A stretch of 64,000 nucleotides of DNA from an uncultured Gemmatimonadaceae bacterium. Its GTDB lineage: Bacteria > Gemmatimonadota > Gemmatimonadetes > Gemmatimonadales > GWC2-71-9. Under the pieces are notes generated by a model. It was not told where the DNA came from. It did not search any database and saw nothing but the letters and a program-made list of their open reading frames with translations. Every line of letters starts with the position of its first letter. Within the stretch, counting starts at the first letter, position 1. The stretch lies in the NCBI GenBank assembly GCA_964642475.1, contig CAZXRC010000003.1, forward strand, positions 46,393 to 110,392, written 5' to 3'. Positions 48,897-58,309 of this stretch are shown here, one piece after another. Made by a program: the position numbers and the translations under genes.

Positions 48897-49361
48897 ATGG
48901 AAGAGCAGGGGAAGGGCAGGCTTTCGCTCAAGTACGAGCTGGCGGGCACCAACCCGCAGCGGCTCACGCATGCCCCCCCGGCCGCCGGTCCCCGGGTGCT
49001 GATCGTGGACGACGACCCTGACATGACCCGCCTGCTCGGGGCCGCGCTCGCCGGCGCCGGGCTGCAGTGCCTCGCGGCGTACGACGCGCTGCAGGGCATG
49101 GTGGTGGCGACGCGCGAGGCCCCGGCGGTGATCGTGGTGGACCTCCACATGCCCGCGGGCGGGGGCCTCAAACTCCTCGAGAAGCTCCGAGCCAGCGTAA
49201 AGACGGCCAACACCCCGGTGCTGGTGGTCACGGCCGACACCGCCTCCGACCTGCCGTCCAGGGCGCTTGCCCTTGGCGCCCGCGGCTTCCTCACCAAGCC
49301 GCTCGATCCGGCCCGCCTGCTCGACGCCATCACTCCGCTACTTACCCCGGCCGCGCCGTAA
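48897..49361 (+). CDS. Single-domain response regulator (receiver only)
   Basis: REC domain RVLIVDDDPDM...VIVVDLHMPAGGG...FLTKPL. The start is uncertain: the ORF opens at GTG 48792, and ATG 48897 is chosen. Confidence 0.75.
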   Translation: MEEQGKGRLSLKYELAGTNPQRLTHAPPAAGPRVLIVDDDPDMTRLLGAALAGAGLQCLAAYDALQGMVVATREAPAVIVVDLHMPAGGGLKLLEKLRASVKTANTPVLVVTADTASDLPSRALALGARGFLTKPLDPARLLDAITPLLTPAAP

Positions 49362-49467
49362 CCTCTGTTGGCCGGCCGGGCAATCCTCCATCTTTGGCCG
49401 GCCTCCTCGAGTCTCCGCAACCGGACGGATGGCCTTCTTGGGTCACGTGAGGTCACATTAAGGACCC

Positions 49468-50253
49468 ATGCCGTTCCTCAGGGCTTTCCGTCTCCTCGTC
49501 CTCCTGCTGCTGCCAGGCTCCGCCGGCGAGGCGCAGCAGACCGTCACCGTCTTCGCCGCCGCCTCGCTTACCGAGGTGTTCACCAGCCTCGGCGCCCGTT
49601 TCGAGCGGGCCCACCCCGGGGTCTCGGTGCGCTTCAATTTCGCGGGGAGCCAGGTGCTCGCCACCCAGGTGGCCCAGGGTGCCAGGGCCGACGTCTTCGC
49701 CTCCGCCGACCAGCGCTGGATGACATACGCCGCCGACAAGGACCTCCTGGCCACCGCGCCGCGGGTCTTTGCCCGGAACCGATTGGTGGTGGTTCTGCCG
49801 AAGTCGAATCCGGGTGGGGTCGAGACGCTGGCCGACCTGGCCCGCCCCGGACTCAAACTGGTGCTCGCGGCCCGGCAGGTGCCGGCCGGGGAGTACAGCC
49901 GGGAAGCGCTTACGCGCCTGTCCGGGGCGACCGGCTTTCCGCCGCGGTACGCGCAACGGGTGCTCGCGAACCTGGCATCGGAAGAAGAGAATGTCCGCGC
50001 GGTGGTGGCCAAGGTGCGTCTGGGTGAGGCGGACGCGGGCATCGTGTACCGGACCGACGTGAGTCGATCGGAGCGCCTCCAGCTTCGCCTGCTCGACATC
50101 CCCGACCGGTACAACCCGATCGCCGAGTATCCCATCGCCAGCGTGAAGGGGGGCAATGCACTGGGTGCGGAGTTCATGACGCTGGTCCTGTCAGCGGAGG
50201 GGGAGGCGGTCCTGGCCGCCCGCGGCTTTCTGACACCGGGCACGTCACGGTGA
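49468..50253 (+). CDS. modA: Molybdate ABC transporter substrate-binding protein
   Basis: Signal peptide, then VTVFAAASLTEVF...GSQVLATQ...ADVFASAD, which are typical ModA motifs. Confidence 0.9.
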   Translation: MPFLRAFRLLVLLLLPGSAGEAQQTVTVFAAASLTEVFTSLGARFERAHPGVSVRFNFAGSQVLATQVAQGARADVFASADQRWMTYAADKDLLATAPRVFARNRLVVVLPKSNPGGVETLADLARPGLKLVLAARQVPAGEYSREALTRLSGATGFPPRYAQRVLANLASEEENVRAVVAKVRLGEADAGIVYRTDVSRSERLQLRLLDIPDRYNPIAEYPIASVKGGNALGAEFMTLVLSAEGEAVLAARGFLTPGTSR

Positions 50254-51086
50254 AGCCGGCGATGCTGGAGGCGGTGGGACGGGTCGGGGCGCTGCTGCTT
50301 GCGGCGCTGCTCGGCGGCCTCATCGCGCTCCCGCTGGCGGGGATCGTGTTCCACGTGAGTCCGGGCACCCTGGCGGGGCAGCTGGCGGAGCCATCGGTGC
50401 GCGAAGCGCTCCGGCTCAGTCTGGAGACCAGCCTCGCCGCTACGGTCCTCTCGCTCCTGCTCGGCCTTCCGATGGCCGCGCTGCTCGCGACGCGCGACTT
50501 TCCCGGCAAGCGGGTCGTGGAAGTGCTGATGGACCTGCCGATGGTGATCCCTCCCACCGTCGCCGGCTTCGCGCTCCTCATGGCCTTCGGGCGAGCGGGG
50601 CTCCTCGGTGGGACCCTGTCGGCGCTGGGGATCACGCTGCCGTTCTCCACCGCGGGGGTGGTGGTGGCCCAGGTGTTCATGTCGGTGCCGTTCCTGGTCG
50701 GCGCGGCCCGTGCCGGATTCGCGGCGGTGGAGCCGCGCTACCTCGATGCCGCCCGGACGCTCCGGGCGGGCGAGGTCCACACCTTCCTCAGGGTGCGCCT
50801 GCCGCTGGCGCTGCCCAGTGTCATCGCCGGCACCGGGATGTGCTGGGCCCGGGCGCTGGGTGAGTTCGGCGCCACGATTACCTTCGCCGGCAACCTGGCC
50901 GGCAGCACCCGCACCGTGCCGCTCGCGGTGTATCTCCAGCTGCAGGAGAACCTGGACGCGGCCGCCACGCTCTCGCTGATCCTTGTCGTCATGGCCGCCG
51001 TCCTGCTTGCCGGCATGCGGCAGGCCGGCCTCGGCCTCTTCGCCCCGCCCCGTGCTCCGCGCCACGCTCCAGCACCGACTCGGTGA
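50250..51086 (+). CDS. modB: Molybdate ABC transporter permease
   Basis: EAA loop region (DAARTLRAGEVHTFLRVRLPLALPSVIAG) and a 4-nt overlap with modA. Confidence 0.88.
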   Translation: MKPAMLEAVGRVGALLLAALLGGLIALPLAGIVFHVSPGTLAGQLAEPSVREALRLSLETSLAATVLSLLLGLPMAALLATRDFPGKRVVEVLMDLPMVIPPTVAGFALLMAFGRAGLLGGTLSALGITLPFSTAGVVVAQVFMSVPFLVGAARAGFAAVEPRYLDAARTLRAGEVHTFLRVRLPLALPSVIAGTGMCWARALGEFGATITFAGNLAGSTRTVPLAVYLQLQENLDAAATLSLILVVMAAVLLAGMRQAGLGLFAPPRAPRHAPAPTR

Positions 51087-52125
51087 GTTCGCGCTCGACT
51101 GCGCCCTCGAGGCCGCCCAGCATTCGACCCTCGTGGTGGTTGGGGAGAGCGGATCGGGCAAGACCTCCTTCCTGCGCTACCTGGCCGGGTTGCTGCGCCC
51201 CGAACGGGGGGAGCTCACCGTCGCCGGCGAAACCTGGTGTGACACCGGGCGCGCGATCTGGGTCCCGGCCCATGCGCGGCCGGTCGGCTTCGTGTCGCAG
51301 GACTACGCCCTGTTTCCGCATCTGAGCGCGGCGGACAACATCGGCTTCGGGCTCCGGGCCGTGGGCCTGGACCGGGGGGAGGTCCGGCGGCGCACCGGGG
51401 CGATGCTGGAGCGGTTCGACCTGGCCGCGCTTGCCGACCGGCGGCCGGCGCAGCTCTCCGGGGGGCAGCAGCAGCGCGTGGCGCTGGCGCGGGCGCTCGC
51501 CCTGGATCCGGCGCTCCTCCTCCTCGATGAGCCGCTCTCGGCCCTCGACGTGGAGGCCCGGCACGCGGTACGTACCGAGCTTAAGCGGACCCTCAAAGAC
51601 CTGCCCTGCATCACGGTCTTCGTGACCCACGCACCATTGGAGGCGCTCCTCTTCGGGGACCGGATCGCGGTCATGGAGCGGGGTCGGGTGGTGCAGGCGG
51701 GCGACCAGTTGGCGCTCCTCAAGGAACCGCGATCGCGCTACGTCGCCACCCTGCTGGGTCTCAATCTGCTGCCCGGCCGAGTGGCGTCCCGGGGGCCGGG
51801 CCAGGAAGTGGCGATCCAGACCGAACGGGGCCTGGTGCACGCCGTCACCGATGACCCAGCGGACCGGCTCTTCGTGGTCGTGAGTCCCGAGCAGGTGACC
51901 CTCTCGCTCGATCCACCTGGTGGATCGGCCCGGAATGTCCTGACCGGCACCGTCGCCGAGATCCTGCCCGAGCCGCCCTATGGGGAGCGGGTCCGGGTGG
52001 TCATCGGGCCGGCGCCGGTGTTCGTGGCGGAGGTTACAGCCCAGGCCGCGGGGCAGCTGGGGCTCGCGCCGGGCACGGGCGTGTTCGCCGCCTTCAAGGC
52101 CACCAGTGTCGTGGTCTATTCCTGA
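51052..52125 (+). CDS. modC: Molybdate ABC transporter ATP-binding protein with C-terminal TOBE/Mop domain
   Basis: Walker A GESGSGKTS, signature LSGGQQQRVALARAL, Walker B LLLLDEP. A GTG start at 51052 is proposed; the ORF opens at 50983. Confidence 0.88.
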   Translation: MLRATLQHRLGEFALDCALEAAQHSTLVVVGESGSGKTSFLRYLAGLLRPERGELTVAGETWCDTGRAIWVPAHARPVGFVSQDYALFPHLSAADNIGFGLRAVGLDRGEVRRRTGAMLERFDLAALADRRPAQLSGGQQQRVALARALALDPALLLLDEPLSALDVEARHAVRTELKRTLKDLPCITVFVTHAPLEALLFGDRIAVMERGRVVQAGDQLALLKEPRSRYVATLLGLNLLPGRVASRGPGQEVAIQTERGLVHAVTDDPADRLFVVVSPEQVTLSLDPPGGSARNVLTGTVAEILPEPPYGERVRVVIGPAPVFVAEVTAQAAGQLGLAPGTGVFAAFKATSVVVYS

Positions 52126-52259
52126 GGAGCGGGTGCCGACGATCGCATGAGCCCGCTGCTGACCCGGCGGAGGTCAGCTCCTGAGACCTTGAGCCCGCTC
52201 TTGCTGACCCACCGCAGGGCTCGCTAATCTCCCCCCCTCCTTCTCGCCCGGCGGGTCGC

Positions 52260-53888
52260 ATGAGTGGCAGCATCCTTCCTCCCCGTTGCTCCAACGAGCC
52301 GGTCCTGGCCTACGCTCCGGGCTCGCCCGAGCGGGCCACCCTCAAGGGCGCCCTGGCCCGGACCACCGGCGAGACCGTGGAGATCCCGGTCATCGTCGGG
52401 GGGAAGGAAATCCGTTCCGGTCACCTGATCGATGTGGTGAGTCCCCACGATCACCGGCGGGTGCTGGCGCGGGCCCACCTGGCCGATGCCGCCACCATCC
52501 AGGCGGCGATCGAGTCCTCCCGGGCGGCCTGGCGGGAGTGGTCGGCCACCCGCTTCGAGGATCGAGCGGCGGTGTTCCTCAAGGCGGCCGATCTGCTGGC
52601 GGGGCCGTGGCGGGCCACGGTTAACGCCGCCACCATGGCGGGGCAGAGCAAGACGGCATTCCAGGCGGAGATCGACAGTGCCTGCGAGCTGATCGACTTC
52701 TGGCGCTTCAACGTCCAGTTCGCCGAGCGGCTCTACCGGGAGCAGCCGGAGTCCTCGCCCGGGGTCTGGAACCGGATGGATCACCGGCCGCTGGAGGGCT
52801 TCGTCTACGCCATCACCCCGTTCAATTTCACCGCCATCGGCGGGAATCTCCCCACCGCCCCGGCGTTGATGGGGAACGTCTCCATCTGGAAGCCGTCCCA
52901 CACGGCGCTCCTCAGCAACTACTACGTCATCAGGCTGCTGGAAGCGGCGGGGCTTCCGCCCGGGGTGATCAACTTCCTTCCCGGCGAGTCGGTGCAGGTG
53001 AGCAACGCGCTGCTGGCCGACCGCCACCTGGCGGGCATTCACTTCACCGGGTCGACGGCGGTGTTCCAGACGCTGCAGCGCCAGGTGGCGGAGAACCTCC
53101 CCGGGTACGTCTCGTATCCCCGGATCGTCGGGGAGACCGGCGGCAAGGACTTCGTGCTGGCGCATCCGAGCGCCGATGCCGACGCCCTGGCGGTCGGCCT
53201 GGTGCGGGGCGCCTACGAATACCAGGGCCAGAAGTGCTCCGCCGCCTCCCGGGCCTACATCCCGGCCAGTCTTTGGCCCCGGGTTAAGGAGCGGATGGTT
53301 GCGATGCTCGCCGAGATCCGGATGGGCGATGTGGGCGACTTCCGGAACTTCATGGGAGCGGTGATCGACCAGCGGGCCTGGGACCGGCTGACGGGGTATC
53401 TCGCGCGGGCTCGGCAGGATGCCGGTGTCACCATCGTGGCGGGTGGCGGGGCCAGCGCCGAACGGGGCTACTTCGTCGAGCCGACCCTGATCCAGGTGGA
53501 AGACCCGCGGTACCGCACCATGTGCGAGGAGATGTTCGGCCCGGTGCTGACGGTGTATGTCTATCCCGATGCGCGCTGGGCCGAGACCCTGACGTTGGTG
53601 GATCAGACCGGGCCGTATGCGCTTACCGGGGCGGTCTTCGCGCAGGACCGCAGGGCCCTGGCCGAGGCCGAGCGTGCGCTCCGTTTCTCGGCGGGCAACT
53701 TCTACCTCAACGACAAGCCCACCGGCGCGGTCGTGGGGCAGCAGCCGTTCGGGGGCGCCCGGGCCAGCGGAACCAACGACAAGGCCGGCTCGGTCCTCAA
53801 CCTGATGCGGTGGACCTCGCCCCGGAGTATCAAGGAGACGTTCGTGCCGCCGCGCGACTTCCGGTATCCGTTCATGGGCGCGGAATGA
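52260..53888 (+). CDS. pruA: L-glutamate gamma-semialdehyde (1-pyrroline-5-carboxylate) dehydrogenase
   Basis: ALDH superfamily member with catalytic motifs (ETGGKD, GQKCSA). 542 aa with a PruA-type N-terminus. Confidence 0.9.
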   Translation: MSGSILPPRCSNEPVLAYAPGSPERATLKGALARTTGETVEIPVIVGGKEIRSGHLIDVVSPHDHRRVLARAHLADAATIQAAIESSRAAWREWSATRFEDRAAVFLKAADLLAGPWRATVNAATMAGQSKTAFQAEIDSACELIDFWRFNVQFAERLYREQPESSPGVWNRMDHRPLEGFVYAITPFNFTAIGGNLPTAPALMGNVSIWKPSHTALLSNYYVIRLLEAAGLPPGVINFLPGESVQVSNALLADRHLAGIHFTGSTAVFQTLQRQVAENLPGYVSYPRIVGETGGKDFVLAHPSADADALAVGLVRGAYEYQGQKCSAASRAYIPASLWPRVKERMVAMLAEIRMGDVGDFRNFMGAVIDQRAWDRLTGYLARARQDAGVTIVAGGGASAERGYFVEPTLIQVEDPRYRTMCEEMFGPVLTVYVYPDARWAETLTLVDQTGPYALTGAVFAQDRRALAEAERALRFSAGNFYLNDKPTGAVVGQQPFGGARASGTNDKAGSVLNLMRWTSPRSIKETFVPPRDFRYPFMGAE

Positions 53889-54155
53889 CCCTGGTGGAGG
53901 GGTGGGCTGTGATCGCGCTCACTCCTCCTCCCCCTGCCCGCTCCTGCTGTAGTCTCCCGTCCTACGATCGCCCTCCGGACCATCCGAGCCATCCATCAGC
54001 GGCTTCCCGATCGTAGCAGAGGGGGCCAAACCCTAGCTTGTCTCCCACGCTGGACGAGCGGCGTCGCAAGACGACCTCCGGCGCCATGACGACGCGGAGC
54101 GGGGATGGCGGGCGGGGGTCGCCCGCCGCCGACCGCCATATCGGGGAGCGGCAAG

Positions 54156-54944
54156 ATGGAGACGCAGCGGAATCGCACGGTGATGGGCGCGGTACTGATG
54201 ATGGCTGGGCTGGCCTCGGCCTGCGGCTACGACGACAATGGCGGCTATGGCGGGGGACCGACCCCGCCGGTCAATGCCCAGGTTGTCACCGCCAGCGGCG
54301 ATCTGGCGGCCGCGCTGGCGCAGTTCCGCGGGCTCCTCGGGGATTCGGCCAACCGGGTGGCGGGGCAGCAGCCCGGCGGCCGGCGGGAGGTCAACTGGGA
54401 CGGGGTGAACGGCGCCATTCTCAATGTCGACACATTCCCGGGCGACCAGTTCAACCGGGTGGTGCCTCGGGGACAGATCTTCACCACTCCCGGCACCGGA
54501 CTGCGGGTCAGCGACAACGCTTTTTTCGACCTGGACCCGAGCGACTCGACCCAGTTTGCTGCGTTCAGCCCCAAGAAGATCTTCGTGGCGGTGGGGAGCC
54601 CGGTCATCGACGTCACGTTCCGGGTAGCGGGGACGGACAGCCTGGCGAGCGTCACGGGGTTCGGTGTGGTGTTCGCGGATGTGGATCAGGCGGGGAGCAC
54701 GACGCTGGAGTACTTCGGGGCCAACGGCGCGTCACTGAAGAAGATCACGGCGCCGGCGCGGAGCGACGCGGCGGGGCACTCCTTCGCCGGGGCGGTGTTC
54801 GAATCGGCCCTGGTGGCGCGGGTGCGGATCACGGCCGGGACGGCCCCCATCGCGCCGGGGGCGAAGGACTTGAGCGCCGGGGGAGTTGCGGACCTGGTGG
54901 CCACGGACGACTTCATTGCCGGCGAGCCGCACCCGATCCAGTAG
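54156..54944 (+). CDS. Hypothetical lipoprotein
   Basis: The internal ATG 54156 gives METQRNRTVMGAVLMMAGLASAC (signal peptide plus lipobox). 262 aa, with no recognised domain. Confidence 0.7.
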   Translation: METQRNRTVMGAVLMMAGLASACGYDDNGGYGGGPTPPVNAQVVTASGDLAAALAQFRGLLGDSANRVAGQQPGGRREVNWDGVNGAILNVDTFPGDQFNRVVPRGQIFTTPGTGLRVSDNAFFDLDPSDSTQFAAFSPKKIFVAVGSPVIDVTFRVAGTDSLASVTGFGVVFADVDQAGSTTLEYFGANGASLKKITAPARSDAAGHSFAGAVFESALVARVRITAGTAPIAPGAKDLSAGGVADLVATDDFIAGEPHPIQ

Positions 54945-54978
54945 AGTCGCGCGAGCTGACCTCGCACTATGGGGACTA

Positions 54979-54999
54979 GCGGGGAGCGGGGAGCGGGGC
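54979..54999. repeat. Tandem heptamer (GCGGGGA)x3, followed by a small GC hairpin
   Basis: gcgggga gcgggga gcggggc at 54979-54999. A hairpin GGGCCGG-GAGG-CCGGCCC follows at 55000-55017. Confidence 0.75.
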
Positions 55000-55126
55000 G
55001 GGCCGGGAGGCCGGCCCCGTGCCTCGCAGGCGGGCTGGTGGTGATTCGGACGCGATCAGCGTAATGTGGGAATGCCGGCCGGCCGCAGCAGTCCGGACCG
55101 GCGGGCGGTCTACCCTGGAGGATGCA

Positions 55127-55717
55127 ATGCGGTCAGCTGTGCGGCTGTGGCTGGGACTGGCGGCGGGGCTGGTGGCGACCCCGCTGGCGGGCCAGGCGCC
55201 GATCGCCTCGGGATCGGTGGTGGCGGGAACATTGAGCTTCGACGGTCACGCGACGGTCGGCGATTTCGTGGGGACCACCAGCACGGTCTCGGGCGAGCTG
55301 ACCGGTGCGCCGACCCTCGCCGGCGTGCGGGGATGGGTCGAGGCCCCGGTGAAGACCCTGGTGACCGGGAAGGGCAAACGGGACGCCGACCTCAACAAGT
55401 CGATGGAATCGGACCGGTATCCGGCGATCCGCTTCGAGTTGGACAGCCTCACCCCCGGCGCCGCCACCGCGGACAGCATCGCGGTCACGCTCCACGGCCG
55501 GTTCACCATCCACGGGGTGACCCGCCCCACGGATCTCCCGGGGCGGGTCGTGCTGGGAGCGGAACAGTCGCGGGTCTGGGCCGACACGCCGCTCAATCTC
55601 AAGGACTACAAGATCGGCGGGTTGAGCAAGGCGCTGGGGCTCCTCAAGATGCATGAGAATATCGAAGTCCACGTGGACGTGACCTTCAGCCACGCACCCC
55701 CGCCGGCACCCAACTGA
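55127..55717 (+). CDS. YceI family periplasmic protein
   Basis: The internal ATG 55127 gives the signal peptide MRSAVRLWLGLAAGLVATPLAGQ. YceI-like motifs are present (F.G.T..V.G.....................KTL.TG...RD..L). Confidence 0.82.
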   Translation: MRSAVRLWLGLAAGLVATPLAGQAPIASGSVVAGTLSFDGHATVGDFVGTTSTVSGELTGAPTLAGVRGWVEAPVKTLVTGKGKRDADLNKSMESDRYPAIRFELDSLTPGAATADSIAVTLHGRFTIHGVTRPTDLPGRVVLGAEQSRVWADTPLNLKDYKIGGLSKALGLLKMHENIEVHVDVTFSHAPPPAPN

Positions 55718-57669
55718 TGCTCTGGCTGGTCCTGGGGCTGTCGCTGGCGCTGGTCGCCGCGCTGGTCGCGCTGGCCCGGGCCCGGCAGTCGCCCGCCGAG
55801 CGCATCGACCGTAACGCCCAGCTGGAGCAGTTGTTCGAGACCTTCCCACATGCCCTGACGCTGCGGGACCTCGACGGCCGGCTGCTGCGGGCCAACGCGG
55901 AGTTCACCCGGCTGTTCCAGTACTCGGTGGCGGAGGTGGTGGGGATCAATATCGACAAGCTGCTGGGCGCGCCGGGGGGCGAGCGGGGCGGCGTGGAGCG
56001 GATGCTCACCTCCGCCAGCAAGGTCTGGCGGCAGACCCGGCGGCGACGGCGGGACGGGTCGGTGGTGGAGGTGTCGCACACCGGCGCCCCGCTTACTCAG
56101 GCCGGCGCGCCGGTCGCGCTCTACGAGGTGTATCACGACCTCACCCCGCAGCTGCGGGCCGAGGCGACCATCACGGGACAGGAACGGCTGCTGGAAGCCT
56201 TCTTCACCCAGTCGCTGGACGGCTTCTTTTTCATGATGCTGGACCGGCCGATCCGGTGGGACGACGAGGCCGACAAGGACGCGCTGATCGAGTACGCGTT
56301 CGGGCATCATCGGATCACGCGGGTCAACGATGCGATACTGGCCCAGTACGGCTTCACCCGGGACCAGATGGTGGGGCTGACTCCCGCCGATCTCTATGCC
56401 CACGATCCGATGGAAGGTCGGGCCGCCTGGCGGCGCTTCTTCGATGCCGGACGGACCCACACCGTCACCCACGAGCGGCGGGCCGACGGTACCCCGATCC
56501 TGATCGAAGGCGACTACGTCTGCCTGTACGACGACGAGGGGCGCCTCACCGGGCATTTCGGCATCCAACGCGACATCACCGAGCGCACCCGGCAGGAGGC
56601 GGCGCTACGCGAGTCGGAGGAGAAGTTCGCCAAGGCCTTCCGCTCGTCCCCGTTCCCGATCACCATCGCCACCCTCTCCGAGGGCCGCTTCCTGGAAGTG
56701 AATGAGGCCTTTCTCCGCGACGTGGGCTTTACCCGCGAGGAAGTGCTGGGGAGGACCGCCGGCGAGCTGGGTCTCTGGCGCGATCCGGCGGCGCGGGCCG
56801 AGCTGGTCCGGCGACTGGAGCGCGACGGGATGGTCCGAGAGTACGAATTCGTGGCCCGGACCCGGCACCGCGAACGGCAGGTCAATCACATCTGGGCCGA
56901 GCGGATCACGCTCAAGGGCGAGGAGTGTCTGCTCGACATCGTGTGGGATGTGACCGAGTGGCGGGCCAATGAGGAAGCGCTGCGGCGGTCGCGCCAGGAA
57001 CTGCGGGACCTGGCGGCCCGGATCCAGACCGTGCGCGAAGAGGAGCGCGCCCGGATTGCCCGGGAGCTGCACGACGAGCTGGGCCAGGCGCTCACCGGAC
57101 TCAAGCTGGACCTCTCCTGGGTCCGGGGCCGGCTCTCGAAGCACCAGGGCGATCTCAGCGACCGGATGCAGGCGCTCGCCTCGCGGGTCGACGGGACCGT
57201 CGATGCCGTGCGGCGGATCGCCACCGAGCTCCGCCCCGGGGTCCTCGACCTCCTGGGGCTGGTGGCCGCGATCGAATGGCAGGCGCAGGAGTTCACCCAG
57301 CGCACCGGGGTCGCGGCCGACCTCGAGATTCGCTCGGACCACTCGCCGGTGGACGATGTGCGCGCCACCACGGTGTTCCGGATTCTGCAGGAGGCCCTCA
57401 CCAACGTGACCCGGCATGCCGCGGCCAGTCGGGTGCGCATCACCTTCACCCAGGCGCGGGATCAACTGGAGCTTGAGGTGGCCGACAACGGTCGCGGGAT
57501 CGCGGCCGACCAGCTGGCCGGGGGACGCTCGCTGGGGTTGGTCGGCATCCGGGAGCGGGCGATCGCCTGCGGCGGCGAGCTCGAGATCCGGGGCGAGGTG
57601 GGGCGGGGCACGCTGGTGAAGGTGCGGATCCCGATCGGGCAGACCGGCGAACACGAGGTCGCGCGATGA
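55717..57669 (+). CDS. Membrane-anchored multi-PAS sensor histidine kinase (HisKA_3/NarX-type)
   Basis: N-terminal transmembrane segment and about three PAS repeats. HisKA_3 H-box RIARELHDELGQ. HATPase motifs (LTNVTRHA, DNGRGI, GLVGIRER). Confidence 0.9.
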   Translation: MLWLVLGLSLALVAALVALARARQSPAERIDRNAQLEQLFETFPHALTLRDLDGRLLRANAEFTRLFQYSVAEVVGINIDKLLGAPGGERGGVERMLTSASKVWRQTRRRRRDGSVVEVSHTGAPLTQAGAPVALYEVYHDLTPQLRAEATITGQERLLEAFFTQSLDGFFFMMLDRPIRWDDEADKDALIEYAFGHHRITRVNDAILAQYGFTRDQMVGLTPADLYAHDPMEGRAAWRRFFDAGRTHTVTHERRADGTPILIEGDYVCLYDDEGRLTGHFGIQRDITERTRQEAALRESEEKFAKAFRSSPFPITIATLSEGRFLEVNEAFLRDVGFTREEVLGRTAGELGLWRDPAARAELVRRLERDGMVREYEFVARTRHRERQVNHIWAERITLKGEECLLDIVWDVTEWRANEEALRRSRQELRDLAARIQTVREEERARIARELHDELGQALTGLKLDLSWVRGRLSKHQGDLSDRMQALASRVDGTVDAVRRIATELRPGVLDLLGLVAAIEWQAQEFTQRTGVAADLEIRSDHSPVDDVRATTVFRILQEALTNVTRHAAASRVRITFTQARDQLELEVADNGRGIAADQLAGGRSLGLVGIRERAIACGGELEIRGEVGRGTLVKVRIPIGQTGEHEVAR

Positions 57670-58292
57670 TCCGGGTCCTCATCGCCGACGACCACCCCAT
57701 CGTGCGGGAGGGGTTGCGCCGGATCGCGGGCGACCAACCCGGCATCACGGTGGTGGCGGAGGCGGCCTCGGCCACCGAGGCGCTGGCCCGGGTGGCGGAT
57801 ACCGCGTTCGACGTCCTGCTGCTCGACGTCTCGATGCCCGGTCCCACGTTCATCGAGGTGCTGCAGCAGGTGCGCAAGGAGCACCCGACGGTCAAGGTCC
57901 TGGTGCTGAGCGTGCATCCGGAGGACCAGTGGGCGGTGCGGGCGCTCCGGGCCGGTGCGGCCGGCTATCTCACCAAGGATCACTCCCCGGAGCAGCTGAT
58001 CGAGGCCATCCGGCGGGTCTATCGGGGCGGGAAGTACGTGACGGCGGCCCTGGCGGAAAAGCTGGCCACGGGCCTCGAATCGGGTGGCTCGGCCACACCC
58101 CACGAGGCCCTCTCCGATCGGGAGTACGAGGTGTTGCGGGCCCTCGGCGCCGGCCTCAGCGTCAAGGAGGTGGCGGCCCGCCTCAGCCTCAGCCCCAAGA
58201 CGGTGAGCACCTACCGCACCCGGATCCTGGAGAAGATGCGGCTCTCGACGAATGCGGATCTGGTGCGGTACGTGCGCGATCACGGACTCTGA
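57666..58292 (+). CDS. NarL/FixJ (LuxR-type HTH) response regulator
   Basis: REC domain (IRVLIADDHP...VLLLDVSMPG) and a LuxR HTH (LSDREYEVLRALGAGLSVKEVAARLSLSPKTVSTYR). A 4-nt overlap joins it to the kinase gene. Confidence 0.92.
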   Translation: MIRVLIADDHPIVREGLRRIAGDQPGITVVAEAASATEALARVADTAFDVLLLDVSMPGPTFIEVLQQVRKEHPTVKVLVLSVHPEDQWAVRALRAGAAGYLTKDHSPEQLIEAIRRVYRGGKYVTAALAEKLATGLESGGSATPHEALSDREYEVLRALGAGLSVKEVAARLSLSPKTVSTYRTRILEKMRLSTNADLVRYVRDHGL

Positions 58293-58309
58293 GGTCCGCC
58301 GGCCAACGG

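Noticed and set aside
49362-49467. A possible molybdenum-cofactor (Moco) riboswitch upstream of modA.
   Set aside because: The region is only 106 nt and I cannot match the Moco motif from memory. What I can see are GGCCGGCC palindromes and a GTCAC-N5-GTCAC repeat. This is not supportable without a covariance-model search.
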